The notes beneath the pieces were generated by a model. The model ran no database searches. It saw only the letters and a list, made by a program, of their open reading frames with translations, and was not told the origin of the DNA. 64,000 nucleotides of DNA from Pyrinomonadaceae bacterium (GTDB lineage Bacteria > Acidobacteriota > Blastocatellia > Pyrinomonadales > Pyrinomonadaceae). Made by a program: the position numbers and the translations under genes. Positions 46,958 to 57,020 of the stretch are shown piece by piece. The DNA lies in the NCBI GenBank assembly GCA_047973305.1, contig JBKEBT010000150.1, forward strand, positions 1,548 to 65,547, written 5' to 3'. Position 1 is the first letter of the stretch. Every line of letters begins with the position of its first letter.

Positions 46958-46972
46958 ACTCAATTGAATAAC

Positions 46973-46993
46973 AAGCGAAGCTTTTTCGCTTTT
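46973..46993 (+). terminator. Hairpin with T-tract directly after the TonB receptor gene
   Basis: Stem AAGCGAA / TTCGCTT, 5-nt loop, then TT. A second, longer hairpin lies at 47023..47061: AAAGGATTTC / GAAATCCTTT followed by TT. Confidence 0.55.
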
Positions 46994-47129
46994 CAAACTG
47001 TAGCCGACGCCGCCACTTCGAGAAAGGATTTCAAACGGAAAGAAAGCCGGAAATCCTTTTTCGCAAGGCGGTTTCAGTTGCTTAAACTTGATTTCGAAAA
47101 CATATCCAAATTAGTAAGCAAGTTTCAAA

Positions 47130-48665
47130 ATGAAAAAATTCATCGCCGGACTTTTCTTTTTCATCTGCTTTGTTCTTCCAAGTTTTGGACAGTCTGCTGT
47201 CAAAATCGGTTCCGAACTTCAGTTATTTACAGACAAGTACTTAATAGAAGATATGAGTGGCGAAATTGATTTGCGTCTGCATCATCCAACCCCACGGGAA
47301 GTAGTGTTGGTTCATGATGCGCCTTGGGAAGGCAACGGTTCTGGCTATCACAGCATTTTTAAGGATGGAGATAAATACAAGCTTTACTATAAAGCATGGC
47401 GAGTTTCTCAACCAAAAGGCGCAAAGAAGGAGAATACTTCATATTTAGCTTATGCCGAAAGCAAGGACGGCATCAATTGGATTAAGCCAAATCTAGGAAT
47501 TTACGAAATTAACGGCACAAGAAACAACAACGTTGTGTTGATTAGTGAAAAAGTAGGCAATTTTAATGTAACCGCCGGTTTGCCCGGTGTTTTTAAAGAT
47601 GAAAACCCGAACGCGCCCGCTGATGAACGCTACAAAGCGCTAATTGTTTCTTCTGCGCATGGAACGGATTATCACGGTTTGTTGGCATATAAATCCGCAG
47701 ACGGCATACATTGGGAAATGATGTCGAACAAACTCATTATTACGGATGATGCATTTGATAATCAAAACGTAGCCTTTTGGGATCCCCGCACAAAACAGTA
47801 TCGCGCATATTGGCGTTCTTGGTCAGAAAGTGACAAAAAATCACTTTACAAGGGAATTCGCGGCATTAAAACAGCTACAAGCAAAGATTTTATTACTTGG
47901 GAAAACAAACAATTACTTAGCTACGAAAATTCGCCCGAAGAACATCTTTATACAAATCCGATTGAACCTTATTATCGCGCGCCACAGCTATATATTGGCT
48001 TTCCTGCAAGATATATCGAACGTGCGTGGGGAACTTCTTTGCGGGCATTGCCGGAAGGTGATGAGCGCAAGGCGCGTTCTGAGCGTGTGATGCGGTATGG
48101 AACCGCAATTACTGATTCGCTCTTTATGACAAGTAGGGATGGAGTCAGGTTTTATCGTTGGAATGAAGCTTTTCTTACCCCCGGAATTGAACGCGACGGA
48201 AGTTGGACGTACGGTGACAATTATCTGGCTTGGGGTATGGTTGAAACAAAATCGGAATATGCGGGCGCACCCAATGAACTGTCGCTTTACGCAACCGAAG
48301 GTTATTGGAAGAACAATGGAAGCAAACTTCGTAGGTTCACTATAAGAATCGATGGATTTGTTTCGGTAAAGGGATCGGCAAACGGCGGCGAACTGTTGAT
48401 AAAAAATTTAGTCTTTAGCGGCAATTCATTGAACTTGAACTTTTCATCATCTGCGGCTGGCGAATTGCGGGTTGAAATACTTGATTCTGATGGCAAAACA
48501 ATTCCAAACTTTTCGCTCGATGACTGTGATGTTATTTTTGGTGATTCTTTAAACCGAAAAGTTAGTTGGAACGGAAATTCTGATGTGTCGTCATTGGAAG
48601 GCAAAACCATTAAACTGAGATTTAAGTTAAAGGATGCCGATTTGTATTCATTTCAGTTCCGTTGA
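47130..48665 (+). CDS. Secreted beta-propeller protein with Asp-box-like repeats (glycoside-hydrolase-like)
   Basis: Signal peptide MKKFIAGLFFFICFVLPSFGQ. Repeats ESKDGINW, KSADGIHW, TSKDFITW and TSRDGVRFYRW. The C-terminal beta-sandwich looks like a carbohydrate-binding module. Confidence 0.5.
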   Translation: MKKFIAGLFFFICFVLPSFGQSAVKIGSELQLFTDKYLIEDMSGEIDLRLHHPTPREVVLVHDAPWEGNGSGYHSIFKDGDKYKLYYKAWRVSQPKGAKKENTSYLAYAESKDGINWIKPNLGIYEINGTRNNNVVLISEKVGNFNVTAGLPGVFKDENPNAPADERYKALIVSSAHGTDYHGLLAYKSADGIHWEMMSNKLIITDDAFDNQNVAFWDPRTKQYRAYWRSWSESDKKSLYKGIRGIKTATSKDFITWENKQLLSYENSPEEHLYTNPIEPYYRAPQLYIGFPARYIERAWGTSLRALPEGDERKARSERVMRYGTAITDSLFMTSRDGVRFYRWNEAFLTPGIERDGSWTYGDNYLAWGMVETKSEYAGAPNELSLYATEGYWKNNGSKLRRFTIRIDGFVSVKGSANGGELLIKNLVFSGNSLNLNFSSSAAGELRVEILDSDGKTIPNFSLDDCDVIFGDSLNRKVSWNGNSDVSSLEGKTIKLRFKLKDADLYSFQFR

Positions 48666-48740
48666 TTGCGATATAAACTGCGATTCACGATTTTTAAGAA
48701 GGTTCAACAGAATTTAAGCTATTTATAGGAGCAAATTAGA

Positions 48741-50615
48741 GTGCATTTTTTCGTTCGTTGGTTCAAAACACATTCCTTTAAATCGTTACCCTTCTTTGTT
48801 TTATTCATTTCGTTTACAGTCAGCGCTTCGGCACAAAATTATCTGTATGAATCAGACAGATGGGAAAAATCCGGCGAAGCAATAATAATTTCCGATATGT
48901 CGCAGGTTGAACCAAGAAATGCTCTAACGTTTGATCTTAGGCGAAAAAGACATTGGAAGGTTTTGGATTATGAAACCAAAGACGGTTTAAAAGGCAACAG
49001 CATTGCGAGCTTGCCGGATACGGGCGCGCCGGCGGTTACGCTCAAACTGAACAAAACCGGTTGGTTTGCGGTTTATGTAGGTCTTGGCGGCGCCGGCAGA
49101 TTTGGATACGGACAAACCAGCGAAGCGCGCAAAAAATTGACAAACGATGTTGCATATCAACATCGCAGATACAGCGGCGCAAGCGATGATATTGATGAGG
49201 TTTTCTTTAAAAATGCCGATCTAACAGGACAAGATTTGGAGTTTGCACAGATGAGAATGAAGGCGAGAATGAACGTCGATATTCCCGCCGTAAACCCGCG
49301 TCATACCGTAATAATGTACGTTAAACTTGTTCCTTTAACTCCAAAAGAAGTTGCATTCATAAAAACCGAAAGCGAACGTACAGATACAAAAAATTTGATT
49401 GGTACAATGGATGGGTTTAGTTGGCTTAATAAAAACTATCCAACCACCAAAGAAGAGTTTTTAGAAAATTTTGAGCATTTTAGGGATTCAGATTTCGGAA
49501 CTCTTTCGTGGCAGATTATTGGCGGCGATTTGGTCAATTACGATTCTAAATTGGGAACAATAATTGGCGATTTATCAGATGATCCACCGCGTTCCGGAGA
49601 TATTGACGTTACAAGGGCGGTTAAGAAGTTTATAGAAGATGGAGCAGATGAAACAAAGCTGGCAGTTGAAGCGGCTCATTCAATGAACAAGAAAATCAGC
49701 ATTGGCTTTAGAACTCAAGCGTGGCAGGCACCGCCGGCTTTTGAAGATTATTTCAGCTCCAGATTTTATCGCGAAAATCCGCAATTTAGAACCTATGACC
49801 GCGATGGAACGCCTGTTATGAGAATGAGCTATGCGGTTCCGGAAGTTAGAGAGCATATTTACGGAATCTTTAAGGAAATTCTGAATTACCAGCCCGATGG
49901 ACTTGAAATAATATATTTTCGGGGTTTGCCATTAATGCTTTGGGAAGATGCCTTTAGCAACCGATTCAAAGAGAAATACGGAGCCGATGCAAAACAAATT
50001 CCCGAAGACGACCCGCGACTTTCTGAACTCCGCTGCGAAATCATGACCGATTTTATGCGTAAAACACGCAAATTGCTCGATGATGTGCAAAAGGCACAAG
50101 GAAGAGAAAAGCGTTACGAGCTTTCCGTTTCCGTTGTACACACCGAAGAAGACAATAAGAAATATGGGTTGGATGTTGAGCAATGGGTGAAAGAAGGCTT
50201 AATCGATAAAATCTCAATTTTTCCGGCGGCTTTTCATACCAACACCAGAAAACCCGTGGATTTCAAGTGGTTTGCGAAAATAACAAAGGGAACAAAAATC
50301 GGGTTTTACCCTATAATGATTGGTGCGGGCATGGCTAGTTATGAAGACCTGATTAAGAATGCGCAAAAGAATTACGCTGCGGGTGCGGCAGGAATGATGT
50401 TTTGGGATCCGGACCCGATAAATCAATATAAAAAGCCCGATTCGCACTATTTTAATCGTCCCGTAAATACTTATTGGTCATTGGTTTCGCGAATCGGGCA
50501 CAAAGACGATTTGAGTATTTTTGAAGCAGAAAACAGACCCAGTGCGAAATATATTCCGTTAAAGAAATGGGGAAATCATTATTTTGGGCGTTGGATTCCG
50601 GATGTTGGATTTTAG
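48741..50615 (+). CDS. Secreted hypothetical protein (possible TIM-barrel glycosidase-like)
   Basis: GTG start with an AGGAG 9 nt upstream, and a signal peptide ending SASAQ. The protein is 624 aa and I did not firmly recognise a family. Confidence 0.45.
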   Translation: MHFFVRWFKTHSFKSLPFFVLFISFTVSASAQNYLYESDRWEKSGEAIIISDMSQVEPRNALTFDLRRKRHWKVLDYETKDGLKGNSIASLPDTGAPAVTLKLNKTGWFAVYVGLGGAGRFGYGQTSEARKKLTNDVAYQHRRYSGASDDIDEVFFKNADLTGQDLEFAQMRMKARMNVDIPAVNPRHTVIMYVKLVPLTPKEVAFIKTESERTDTKNLIGTMDGFSWLNKNYPTTKEEFLENFEHFRDSDFGTLSWQIIGGDLVNYDSKLGTIIGDLSDDPPRSGDIDVTRAVKKFIEDGADETKLAVEAAHSMNKKISIGFRTQAWQAPPAFEDYFSSRFYRENPQFRTYDRDGTPVMRMSYAVPEVREHIYGIFKEILNYQPDGLEIIYFRGLPLMLWEDAFSNRFKEKYGADAKQIPEDDPRLSELRCEIMTDFMRKTRKLLDDVQKAQGREKRYELSVSVVHTEEDNKKYGLDVEQWVKEGLIDKISIFPAAFHTNTRKPVDFKWFAKITKGTKIGFYPIMIGAGMASYEDLIKNAQKNYAAGAAGMMFWDPDPINQYKKPDSHYFNRPVNTYWSLVSRIGHKDDLSIFEAENRPSAKYIPLKKWGNHYFGRWIPDVGF

Positions 50616-50650
50616 CCGTTGCAAACTTTTTCGAAGTTTATAGTTTTTAG

Positions 50651-53455
50651 ATGATTGTTCGAATTTGGTTAGGCATTTCTATTTTGCTTGTGATCTTTTC
50701 AAACTCTGCCATTGTTGCCGGACAAGATTGGATTGACAAAAGCTTTGATGATTTTTCAGCCGGAAGTTTTGAGGCTTCCGGACAGAATCTTTTTGCAGAT
50801 AAAAAGGGCGGCATCAGAGCAATTCGCCGCTTTGATTTGAATCAAGATGGTTTCATTGACCTGCTTTTCAACAATACCCACGATGATGATGTGTTTGTTC
50901 CCGCAACTTTGACATCAATTGACAACAGTGGCGCCTTCAACAATCGTTTTTTAGAAATAGACGGAAGCATTGAAACAGAAATCGCCGATTTGAATAAGGA
51001 CGGATTTGAAGACATCATCTTTTGTCCGAATCAATCGGGAATTCAAAACAATCGGCGTTTAATCACAATTGTTTGGGGTGGCAAGGATGGCTGGTCAACT
51101 GCAAGAAGCAACGGGGTTTTGCCGGTTAATAACGTTAAATCTCTAACCGCGGCTGACCTAAATGGCGATGGATGGCTTGATATTGCTACGCTAAATTCAA
51201 ACGCGTGGCAGCCAAACCAGCCGCCGGGCAATATCATACGAATCTATTTTGGTGGCGAAAACGGGTTTTTACTAAACCGGTTTAGCGATATCGGCGTTGA
51301 AAATGCCATTAAGATTGTTTCCGGCGATTTTTACGACAACGGAATAAATGCCGCAGCTGTTCTTGCCGAAGATAATTCGCTTACTATTTTGCGAAGCGAT
51401 CACAACCCAGCGGAAACGAATTCGAAGCCTGAGATTGTAGTTTCAAAGATAGATTTGAAGCTAAAAAAAGGGAAAGTTGTAACGCTGGCGAAAGGCGATA
51501 TAGATAACGATGGGAAGCTTGATATTGCAATTGGAACCGATCAGAACTCGATAATCTTGTTAAAAAATACAGGTGGCGGAAGTTTTTCAGAAGCAAGAGT
51601 TTTAGAAGGCGTAAACGCTTCATCAATAACAATCGCGGATGTAGATGCAGATAATTCCGCAGATTTGGTAACTTCAAAATTTTCTATGCGCAAAGCAGCC
51701 GGCGGCGAAATGCTTGGCGGTGGCGAAATTGAAAACGACAACGTTACGGTAATATGGGGACAAAACGGCGATTTTAACAAACAGAATTTGACCGTTTTGG
51801 ACGCCGCATACACCGCCGCAACCGCTGTAACCGATTTGGATGGAGATGGAATTCAGGATATTGTTTGCGCCACGCATCAGGGCGAAAAAGTATATAAAAC
51901 CGAATCAGCCGTGTTTTTTGGTTTAGGAAACCGCCGATTTAAAAAATCAACCAAGGGCATTCCAACCGAAGGGGCAACGGATGTAAGCGTAATTCCCAAA
52001 ACCGCATTCAACAATACGACCGTGGTGGTTTCAAACAGCAGAACCGGAACGCTAAATGAAGCCGTGCCGCTTTCGTTATATTACGGTGGCAAGGCAGGCT
52101 TTAATAACTTGGTTGAAATTCCGTTTACCAGCGGCTATCAAAGTTCGGCGGCTGATTTAAATGGCGATGGGTTTGTTGATTTGGTTTCGGTAAATTCCGC
52201 CCATTCACAACTAAAAAACGATAAAACGGCGGGAATAAACATCTTTTGGGGAAGCAAAAAAGGATTCGATTTCAAGAACAATCGAACAGTTCTATCTGAG
52301 AATTTAGCGTCAACATCAAATATCGCCGATCTAAATAAAGATGGATACTTGGATATCATAGTCGGTTTTTTTAATCCGCCGGATGGAACTCCAACTGATT
52401 TGGCAATCTATTACGGATCGGAAGCCGGATACGATAGAAAAAACCGCGTTGCAATTCCTTCTTTGGGGCGTTCGGGTAGTCCGAATGTTGCGGATTATAA
52501 TCAGGATGGCTGGCTGGATATTGCGGTTGTTTCGTATGTAACAAATTGGGTAAGAATCTTTTATGGCAGTGAAAACGGGTTTTCTGAAGAAAACCAACTA
52601 AAGGTAAGTGTTCCGGCACCAATTGATTTAGAAACAGCAGATCTTAACAATGATGGCTTTGCAGATCTGATTGTTCCAATTTATAAAGACTTTGTAAACA
52701 ACTATCACGATGCCGGTGTTTTGATTTTATGGGGCAGCAACCGGGACTTCAAATACTGGAATTCCCAACGGTTGCCTTCGTTGACCGTCTTAGGACCAAC
52801 AGTTGCCGATTTTGATTCTGATGGTTATTTGGATCTTTTTTTACCTGCATATTTAGGTGACAACACGCGCCAATCTGTTCCCATGTATTTGTATTGGGGA
52901 AGCAAAAACGGGTTCAGCGTAAACGATACAACAGAATTTATAGCCGATTCAGGAGCAGATGCCGTTGCCGCAGATTTTGACAAAGACGGCAAAATTGATT
53001 TGGCAATTGCGGAACACGCCCGAAATTCAGGACACAGAAAAGCAAAATCGCAAGTGTTTTATAACGACGGAAATCGCTTTCGAAATGCAAACAAACGTGT
53101 TGAATCATTGACGGCAATGGGTACGCATTGGATGTGGAATTACGACATCGGACACATCCTCACAAGAAAATACGAACAATCTTTTACTTCGCGAGTGTTT
53201 GAACTAAATGCCGGTTCCGTAAATGGGCAAATTTCATATGAAGCCGCATTTATTTCCGGCGGCAGAGTAACGGTTCAGGTGAAATCATCGGAAAACCGCG
53301 AAAGTTTGATGAACGAAAGTTGGCGTGAGGTAAAGAATTCAAAATTTTCTATAAATCGCAACGAACGAGTTTTGCAATATAGGTTAACTTTAAGATCCGA
53401 TAACGGCGACAATTTCCCAACGGTAAAAAGTGTTGCTTTAAGAGTTGCGAAGTAA
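50651..53455 (+). CDS. FG-GAP/VCBS repeat protein (CRTAC1/ASPIC-UnbV-like)
   Basis: At least 12 Ca-binding repeat cores, including DLNQDGFIDLL, DLNKDGFEDII, DLNGDGWLDIA, DIDNDGKLDIA, DLDGDGIQDIV, DYNQDGWLDIA, DFDSDGYLDLF and DFDKDGKIDLA. Confidence 0.85.
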   Translation: MIVRIWLGISILLVIFSNSAIVAGQDWIDKSFDDFSAGSFEASGQNLFADKKGGIRAIRRFDLNQDGFIDLLFNNTHDDDVFVPATLTSIDNSGAFNNRFLEIDGSIETEIADLNKDGFEDIIFCPNQSGIQNNRRLITIVWGGKDGWSTARSNGVLPVNNVKSLTAADLNGDGWLDIATLNSNAWQPNQPPGNIIRIYFGGENGFLLNRFSDIGVENAIKIVSGDFYDNGINAAAVLAEDNSLTILRSDHNPAETNSKPEIVVSKIDLKLKKGKVVTLAKGDIDNDGKLDIAIGTDQNSIILLKNTGGGSFSEARVLEGVNASSITIADVDADNSADLVTSKFSMRKAAGGEMLGGGEIENDNVTVIWGQNGDFNKQNLTVLDAAYTAATAVTDLDGDGIQDIVCATHQGEKVYKTESAVFFGLGNRRFKKSTKGIPTEGATDVSVIPKTAFNNTTVVVSNSRTGTLNEAVPLSLYYGGKAGFNNLVEIPFTSGYQSSAADLNGDGFVDLVSVNSAHSQLKNDKTAGINIFWGSKKGFDFKNNRTVLSENLASTSNIADLNKDGYLDIIVGFFNPPDGTPTDLAIYYGSEAGYDRKNRVAIPSLGRSGSPNVADYNQDGWLDIAVVSYVTNWVRIFYGSENGFSEENQLKVSVPAPIDLETADLNNDGFADLIVPIYKDFVNNYHDAGVLILWGSNRDFKYWNSQRLPSLTVLGPTVADFDSDGYLDLFLPAYLGDNTRQSVPMYLYWGSKNGFSVNDTTEFIADSGADAVAADFDKDGKIDLAIAEHARNSGHRKAKSQVFYNDGNRFRNANKRVESLTAMGTHWMWNYDIGHILTRKYEQSFTSRVFELNAGSVNGQISYEAAFISGGRVTVQVKSSENRESLMNESWREVKNSKFSINRNERVLQYRLTLRSDNGDNFPTVKSVALRVAK

Positions 53456-53513
53456 TGTTATAAGCGTCGTTTTGGCGATAGGTTTGATGCAGAAGCGAAA
53501 ATCGAATTTTATT

Positions 53514-54617
53514 ATGAAAAAGTTAGTGTTTATCGCATTTATTTTGTTTGGTTCGTATGTATGTTTAGCCCAAGAAAAGGTTGAGCTAACTTGGTACAAC
53601 GCCGTGGATTTGGGAATTGACGGTCGCGGTTGGGAAGACCCAAAGGCGCCGTTTGATAGGTTGCCGGATAAGGCAAAGGGAAAAGTTTCCAAGGATGTTT
53701 GGTCAAGAGCCCTAAATTCTGCGGGGCTCAATGTTTCGTTCGCAACCGATTCAGAAATGATTGTTGTACGTTGGAAGCTTCGTCACCCCAGTATTTATGG
53801 CGCAACTCTCTCTCCACTAAGCGTTGGCGGTCTAGATCTTTACCTTCGTGAAAACAATAAATGGTATTGGGCGGCTGCAAAATCACCGAAGCCGCCAAGT
53901 GTTCAACCTGAATCGATTGAAACATTCTTGCGCGGACTTCCAAAAGAACTTCTCGAATTTCGAATGTATCTTCCAAGTTATAACGGACTCGAAAAGCTTG
54001 AAATCGGCGTAATTAAGGATTCTAAGTTCGGAAAGGCTGTTGAAAACACCACGGAGAAACCGTTAGTTTTCTATGGCGGATCTTTAATTCAAGGCAGTGC
54101 CTCGTCAAGACCGGGGATGACCTTGGTCTCCCAATTAAACCGCCGTTTGAATCGTGAAACTATCAACTTGGGATTTTCCGGAACGTGCAAAATGGAATCT
54201 GAATTCGGAGATTTATTGGCTGAACTTGATCCGGCAATGTATGTAATTGATTGCCTCCCAAGCATGACCGCGGCGGAAATCAAGGAAAGAACCGAGAAGT
54301 TTGTAAAGAAAATTCGTAAGGCAAACCCTGAAACGCCAATAGTTTTTCTTGGAACGCCAAATTATTCGCAATCGCTTTGGAACCCTTCCGTTCAGAAATC
54401 AATTGCTTCAAAAAATCGAATTATTGCAGCGCAGTTTGCCCAGCTTCAAAAAGATGGATATAAGCGCATCTATTACCTCAAAGGAGAAAATCTGTTTCCG
54501 AGCGATGGCGAATCGACCGTTGATGGTGTGCTGCCAACGGATTACGGCTTCAAGGTATTCGCGGATGCGTTAGAACCGCTTTTGCGACGCATTTTGCAAG
54601 AATCTGAGAATAAGTAA
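53514..54617 (+). CDS. SGNH/GDSL-fold esterase-like protein (sialate O-acetylesterase-like architecture)
   Basis: Signal peptide MKKLVFIAFILFGSYVCLAQ, an N-terminal beta-sandwich, block I VFYGGSLIQGSAS, then INLGFSG. Block V reads DGVLPTDYG, with Leu where the catalytic His is expected. Confidence 0.65.
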   Translation: MKKLVFIAFILFGSYVCLAQEKVELTWYNAVDLGIDGRGWEDPKAPFDRLPDKAKGKVSKDVWSRALNSAGLNVSFATDSEMIVVRWKLRHPSIYGATLSPLSVGGLDLYLRENNKWYWAAAKSPKPPSVQPESIETFLRGLPKELLEFRMYLPSYNGLEKLEIGVIKDSKFGKAVENTTEKPLVFYGGSLIQGSASSRPGMTLVSQLNRRLNRETINLGFSGTCKMESEFGDLLAELDPAMYVIDCLPSMTAAEIKERTEKFVKKIRKANPETPIVFLGTPNYSQSLWNPSVQKSIASKNRIIAAQFAQLQKDGYKRIYYLKGENLFPSDGESTVDGVLPTDYGFKVFADALEPLLRRILQESENK

Positions 54618-54806
54618 TGTGAATTTTTATCCTGTGATTTTGTTGTTAAGGCTTCCTGTAATACGTTAAGAAATTATACGTGCAGCCTAAGATTTTGCAT
54701 GAAACCCGTTGTGTTTCTTAATTTACTTTAAGCCGCTTGATGAGCCTTAAGTATTCACAAATAGAGATTCTATTTTCAGAAAGCGAATTAAAGAAGAAGT
54801 ATATTG

Positions 54807-55940
54807 ATGAGAAGTTTGTTGCAAATCATTTTATTTTCGGTTTTGCTTGCTACGTTTTCGGTAAAGGCTCAAGAGGCATTGCTTTTTGAAAACGGTACGG
54901 TTGCTGCACCCGCCTACAAAGGCGAGCAGCATTGCTATCCGGTTTTAGCACGAACTTCAACGGGAAACCTTTTTGTAGCGTGGGCACATTTTCAGAAAAA
55001 CAAAGACAGTAAAATTCTGGGAGCGGTTTCGACAGACAACGGAAGAACTTGGGGCAAGCCGTTTAAGGTTTTGGAATCGAAAGGAATGTCTGAATCGGAT
55101 CCTGCAATAATCATTGATGGCGATAGGATTTTGGTTTACAGCTCATCGGTAAAACGTCCGAACAAAATCACCAATACTGATACGCTTTTGGCGGAAAGCC
55201 GCGATGAAGGCAAAACATGGTCGAAACCTCTAAAATTGGCTATTCCGTTTAATTATTTGGTAGGCAAGCGGCACCTTGGGTTAAAGTTGCAAGATGGAAC
55301 GTTGGTTTTGCCCGCTTCATACGATATTTGGGCACAGAAAGGCGGTATTCCGGCTAAAAGCGAAGGCGAAATGGATTTGAAATCGGGTGTTTTGCTGTCT
55401 AAAGACGGAATCAATTGGACACCGTATCTTGATATTCATCTGTTGGCTCAAAAGGTTTCGCCTTTCGGAACCAACGGCGTTGTCGAACCTGCTGCGGTAG
55501 AACTTGAAAATCGCGAAATTCTATTGCTTTTGCGAACCGGCACTTCAAATCTTTATGAATCGCGAAGTGCCGACGGCGGAAAAACTTGGACGCAACCTTC
55601 AAAAAGCGCATTAACAAGCCATAATACACCAGCTTCGTTGTGGCGTTTGGATAAAGGCTCAAACGAAATTATTGTAATTTGGAACAATCATCCGCTTGAG
55701 CGCGATAACTTGAGCGTTGCAATTTCAGCCGATGGCGGGCGAAATTGGTCGAAGCCTAAAACCGTGGCGAGCAAAGACGGCAGACCCAAAAACTATCACG
55801 ATTTACAAGTTTCATACCCCGGAATTACACAGGATAGGGAAGGGAACTTTGTTGCGGTGTGGCAAAAGCAACTTCCAAATGGCGACGGACGTGAAATCCG
55901 TTGGGCACGTTTTAACCGCGCTTGGGTTTTAGCGCAGTAA
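54807..55940 (+). CDS. BNR/Asp-box six-bladed propeller protein (sialidase/GH33-like)
   Basis: Signal peptide plus five Asp boxes: STDNGRTW, SRDEGKTW, SKDGINW, SADGGKTW and SADGGRNW. I saw no canonical (F/Y)RIP motif. Confidence 0.7.
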   Translation: MRSLLQIILFSVLLATFSVKAQEALLFENGTVAAPAYKGEQHCYPVLARTSTGNLFVAWAHFQKNKDSKILGAVSTDNGRTWGKPFKVLESKGMSESDPAIIIDGDRILVYSSSVKRPNKITNTDTLLAESRDEGKTWSKPLKLAIPFNYLVGKRHLGLKLQDGTLVLPASYDIWAQKGGIPAKSEGEMDLKSGVLLSKDGINWTPYLDIHLLAQKVSPFGTNGVVEPAAVELENREILLLLRTGTSNLYESRSADGGKTWTQPSKSALTSHNTPASLWRLDKGSNEIIVIWNNHPLERDNLSVAISADGGRNWSKPKTVASKDGRPKNYHDLQVSYPGITQDREGNFVAVWQKQLPNGDGREIRWARFNRAWVLAQ

Positions 55941-55945
55941 AAAAA

Positions 55946-57019
55946 ATGCACACACTTTTACAAAAATACAAGGATTTTTTGCCCGCAGCAGAAATCGAGC
56001 AATTCATAAGTTTGGGTGAAGGCGCAACACCATTGGTGAAAAGCGAAAATCTAAGCAACAAAGGCGAACTCTATTTCAAAATGGAGCAGTTGAATCCAAC
56101 AGGTTCATTTAAAGATCGTTTTGCTGCGCTTGAAACCGCGTTGATAAAACAAGCCGGAATAGAAACTTTTATCGCTACATCCTCCGGTAATACAGGATCT
56201 GCCCTTGCCGCTTATTCGGCAAAACACGGGTTAAGATGTTTGCTTTTTGTGAACGAAATCGCGCCGGTTCCAAAGCTGAAACAGATGCTTGCGTATGGTG
56301 CGGAAGTGTATAGGGTAAAGGATTTTGGCGTAACCAATGAGCTTTCGGCGCCTATTTTCAAACGATTGCAGGATTTGGCGGCAGAAAGCGGCACGCGTTT
56401 AGTAATCTCCGCATACAAATATTCGCCTGATGGAATGGAGGGCGTTAAAACAATCGGATATGAATTGGTTGAACAACTTGGCGAAGTGCCGGAAAACATA
56501 TTTGTTCCGGTAGGCGGCGGTGGATTGCTTTCGGGAATTCGACGTGCTTTTGAGGATTTGAAAGAACGAAAATTGATCGAAAATCTGCCGAAAATAAATG
56601 GGGTTCAACCCGAATTGAATGACACAATTGTTACATCATGGTTGCAGAATGCAGATAAAGCCCAACAAATAGAAACCACAACTTCGATTAGCGGCTTGGC
56701 TGTGCAGGTAGATATTGACGCAACGCTGGCGTTAAATGCCGTAAAAGCAACGGGCGGCTGTGCAATCTCAGTTACAGATGAAGAAATCTATTCGGCGCAA
56801 CGTATGTTGGCAACCAAAGAGGGCGTTTATGCTGAGCCCGCCGGTGCCGCTTCTGTTGCCGGATATTTAAAAGCACTTGTAAACGGTACAGTTGGTGAAA
56901 CCGGCAAGAACGTTTGTATCCTGACCGGACACGGTCTGAAAGATACAAGTGTTTCAACGCATCAAGAAATTAGAGATATTGATGCAAGTTTCTTAACGCA
57001 CGAATTAATCGCAAACTGA
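55946..57019 (+). CDS. PLP-dependent enzyme, tryptophan-synthase-beta superfamily (threonine-synthase/cysteine-synthase-like)
   Basis: NPTGSFKDR contains the Schiff-base Lys, SSGNTG is present, and the glycine-rich VPVGGGGLLSG loop follows. Confidence 0.75.
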   Translation: MHTLLQKYKDFLPAAEIEQFISLGEGATPLVKSENLSNKGELYFKMEQLNPTGSFKDRFAALETALIKQAGIETFIATSSGNTGSALAAYSAKHGLRCLLFVNEIAPVPKLKQMLAYGAEVYRVKDFGVTNELSAPIFKRLQDLAAESGTRLVISAYKYSPDGMEGVKTIGYELVEQLGEVPENIFVPVGGGGLLSGIRRAFEDLKERKLIENLPKINGVQPELNDTIVTSWLQNADKAQQIETTTSISGLAVQVDIDATLALNAVKATGGCAISVTDEEIYSAQRMLATKEGVYAEPAGAASVAGYLKALVNGTVGETGKNVCILTGHGLKDTSVSTHQEIRDIDASFLTHELIAN

Positions 57020-57020
57020 T

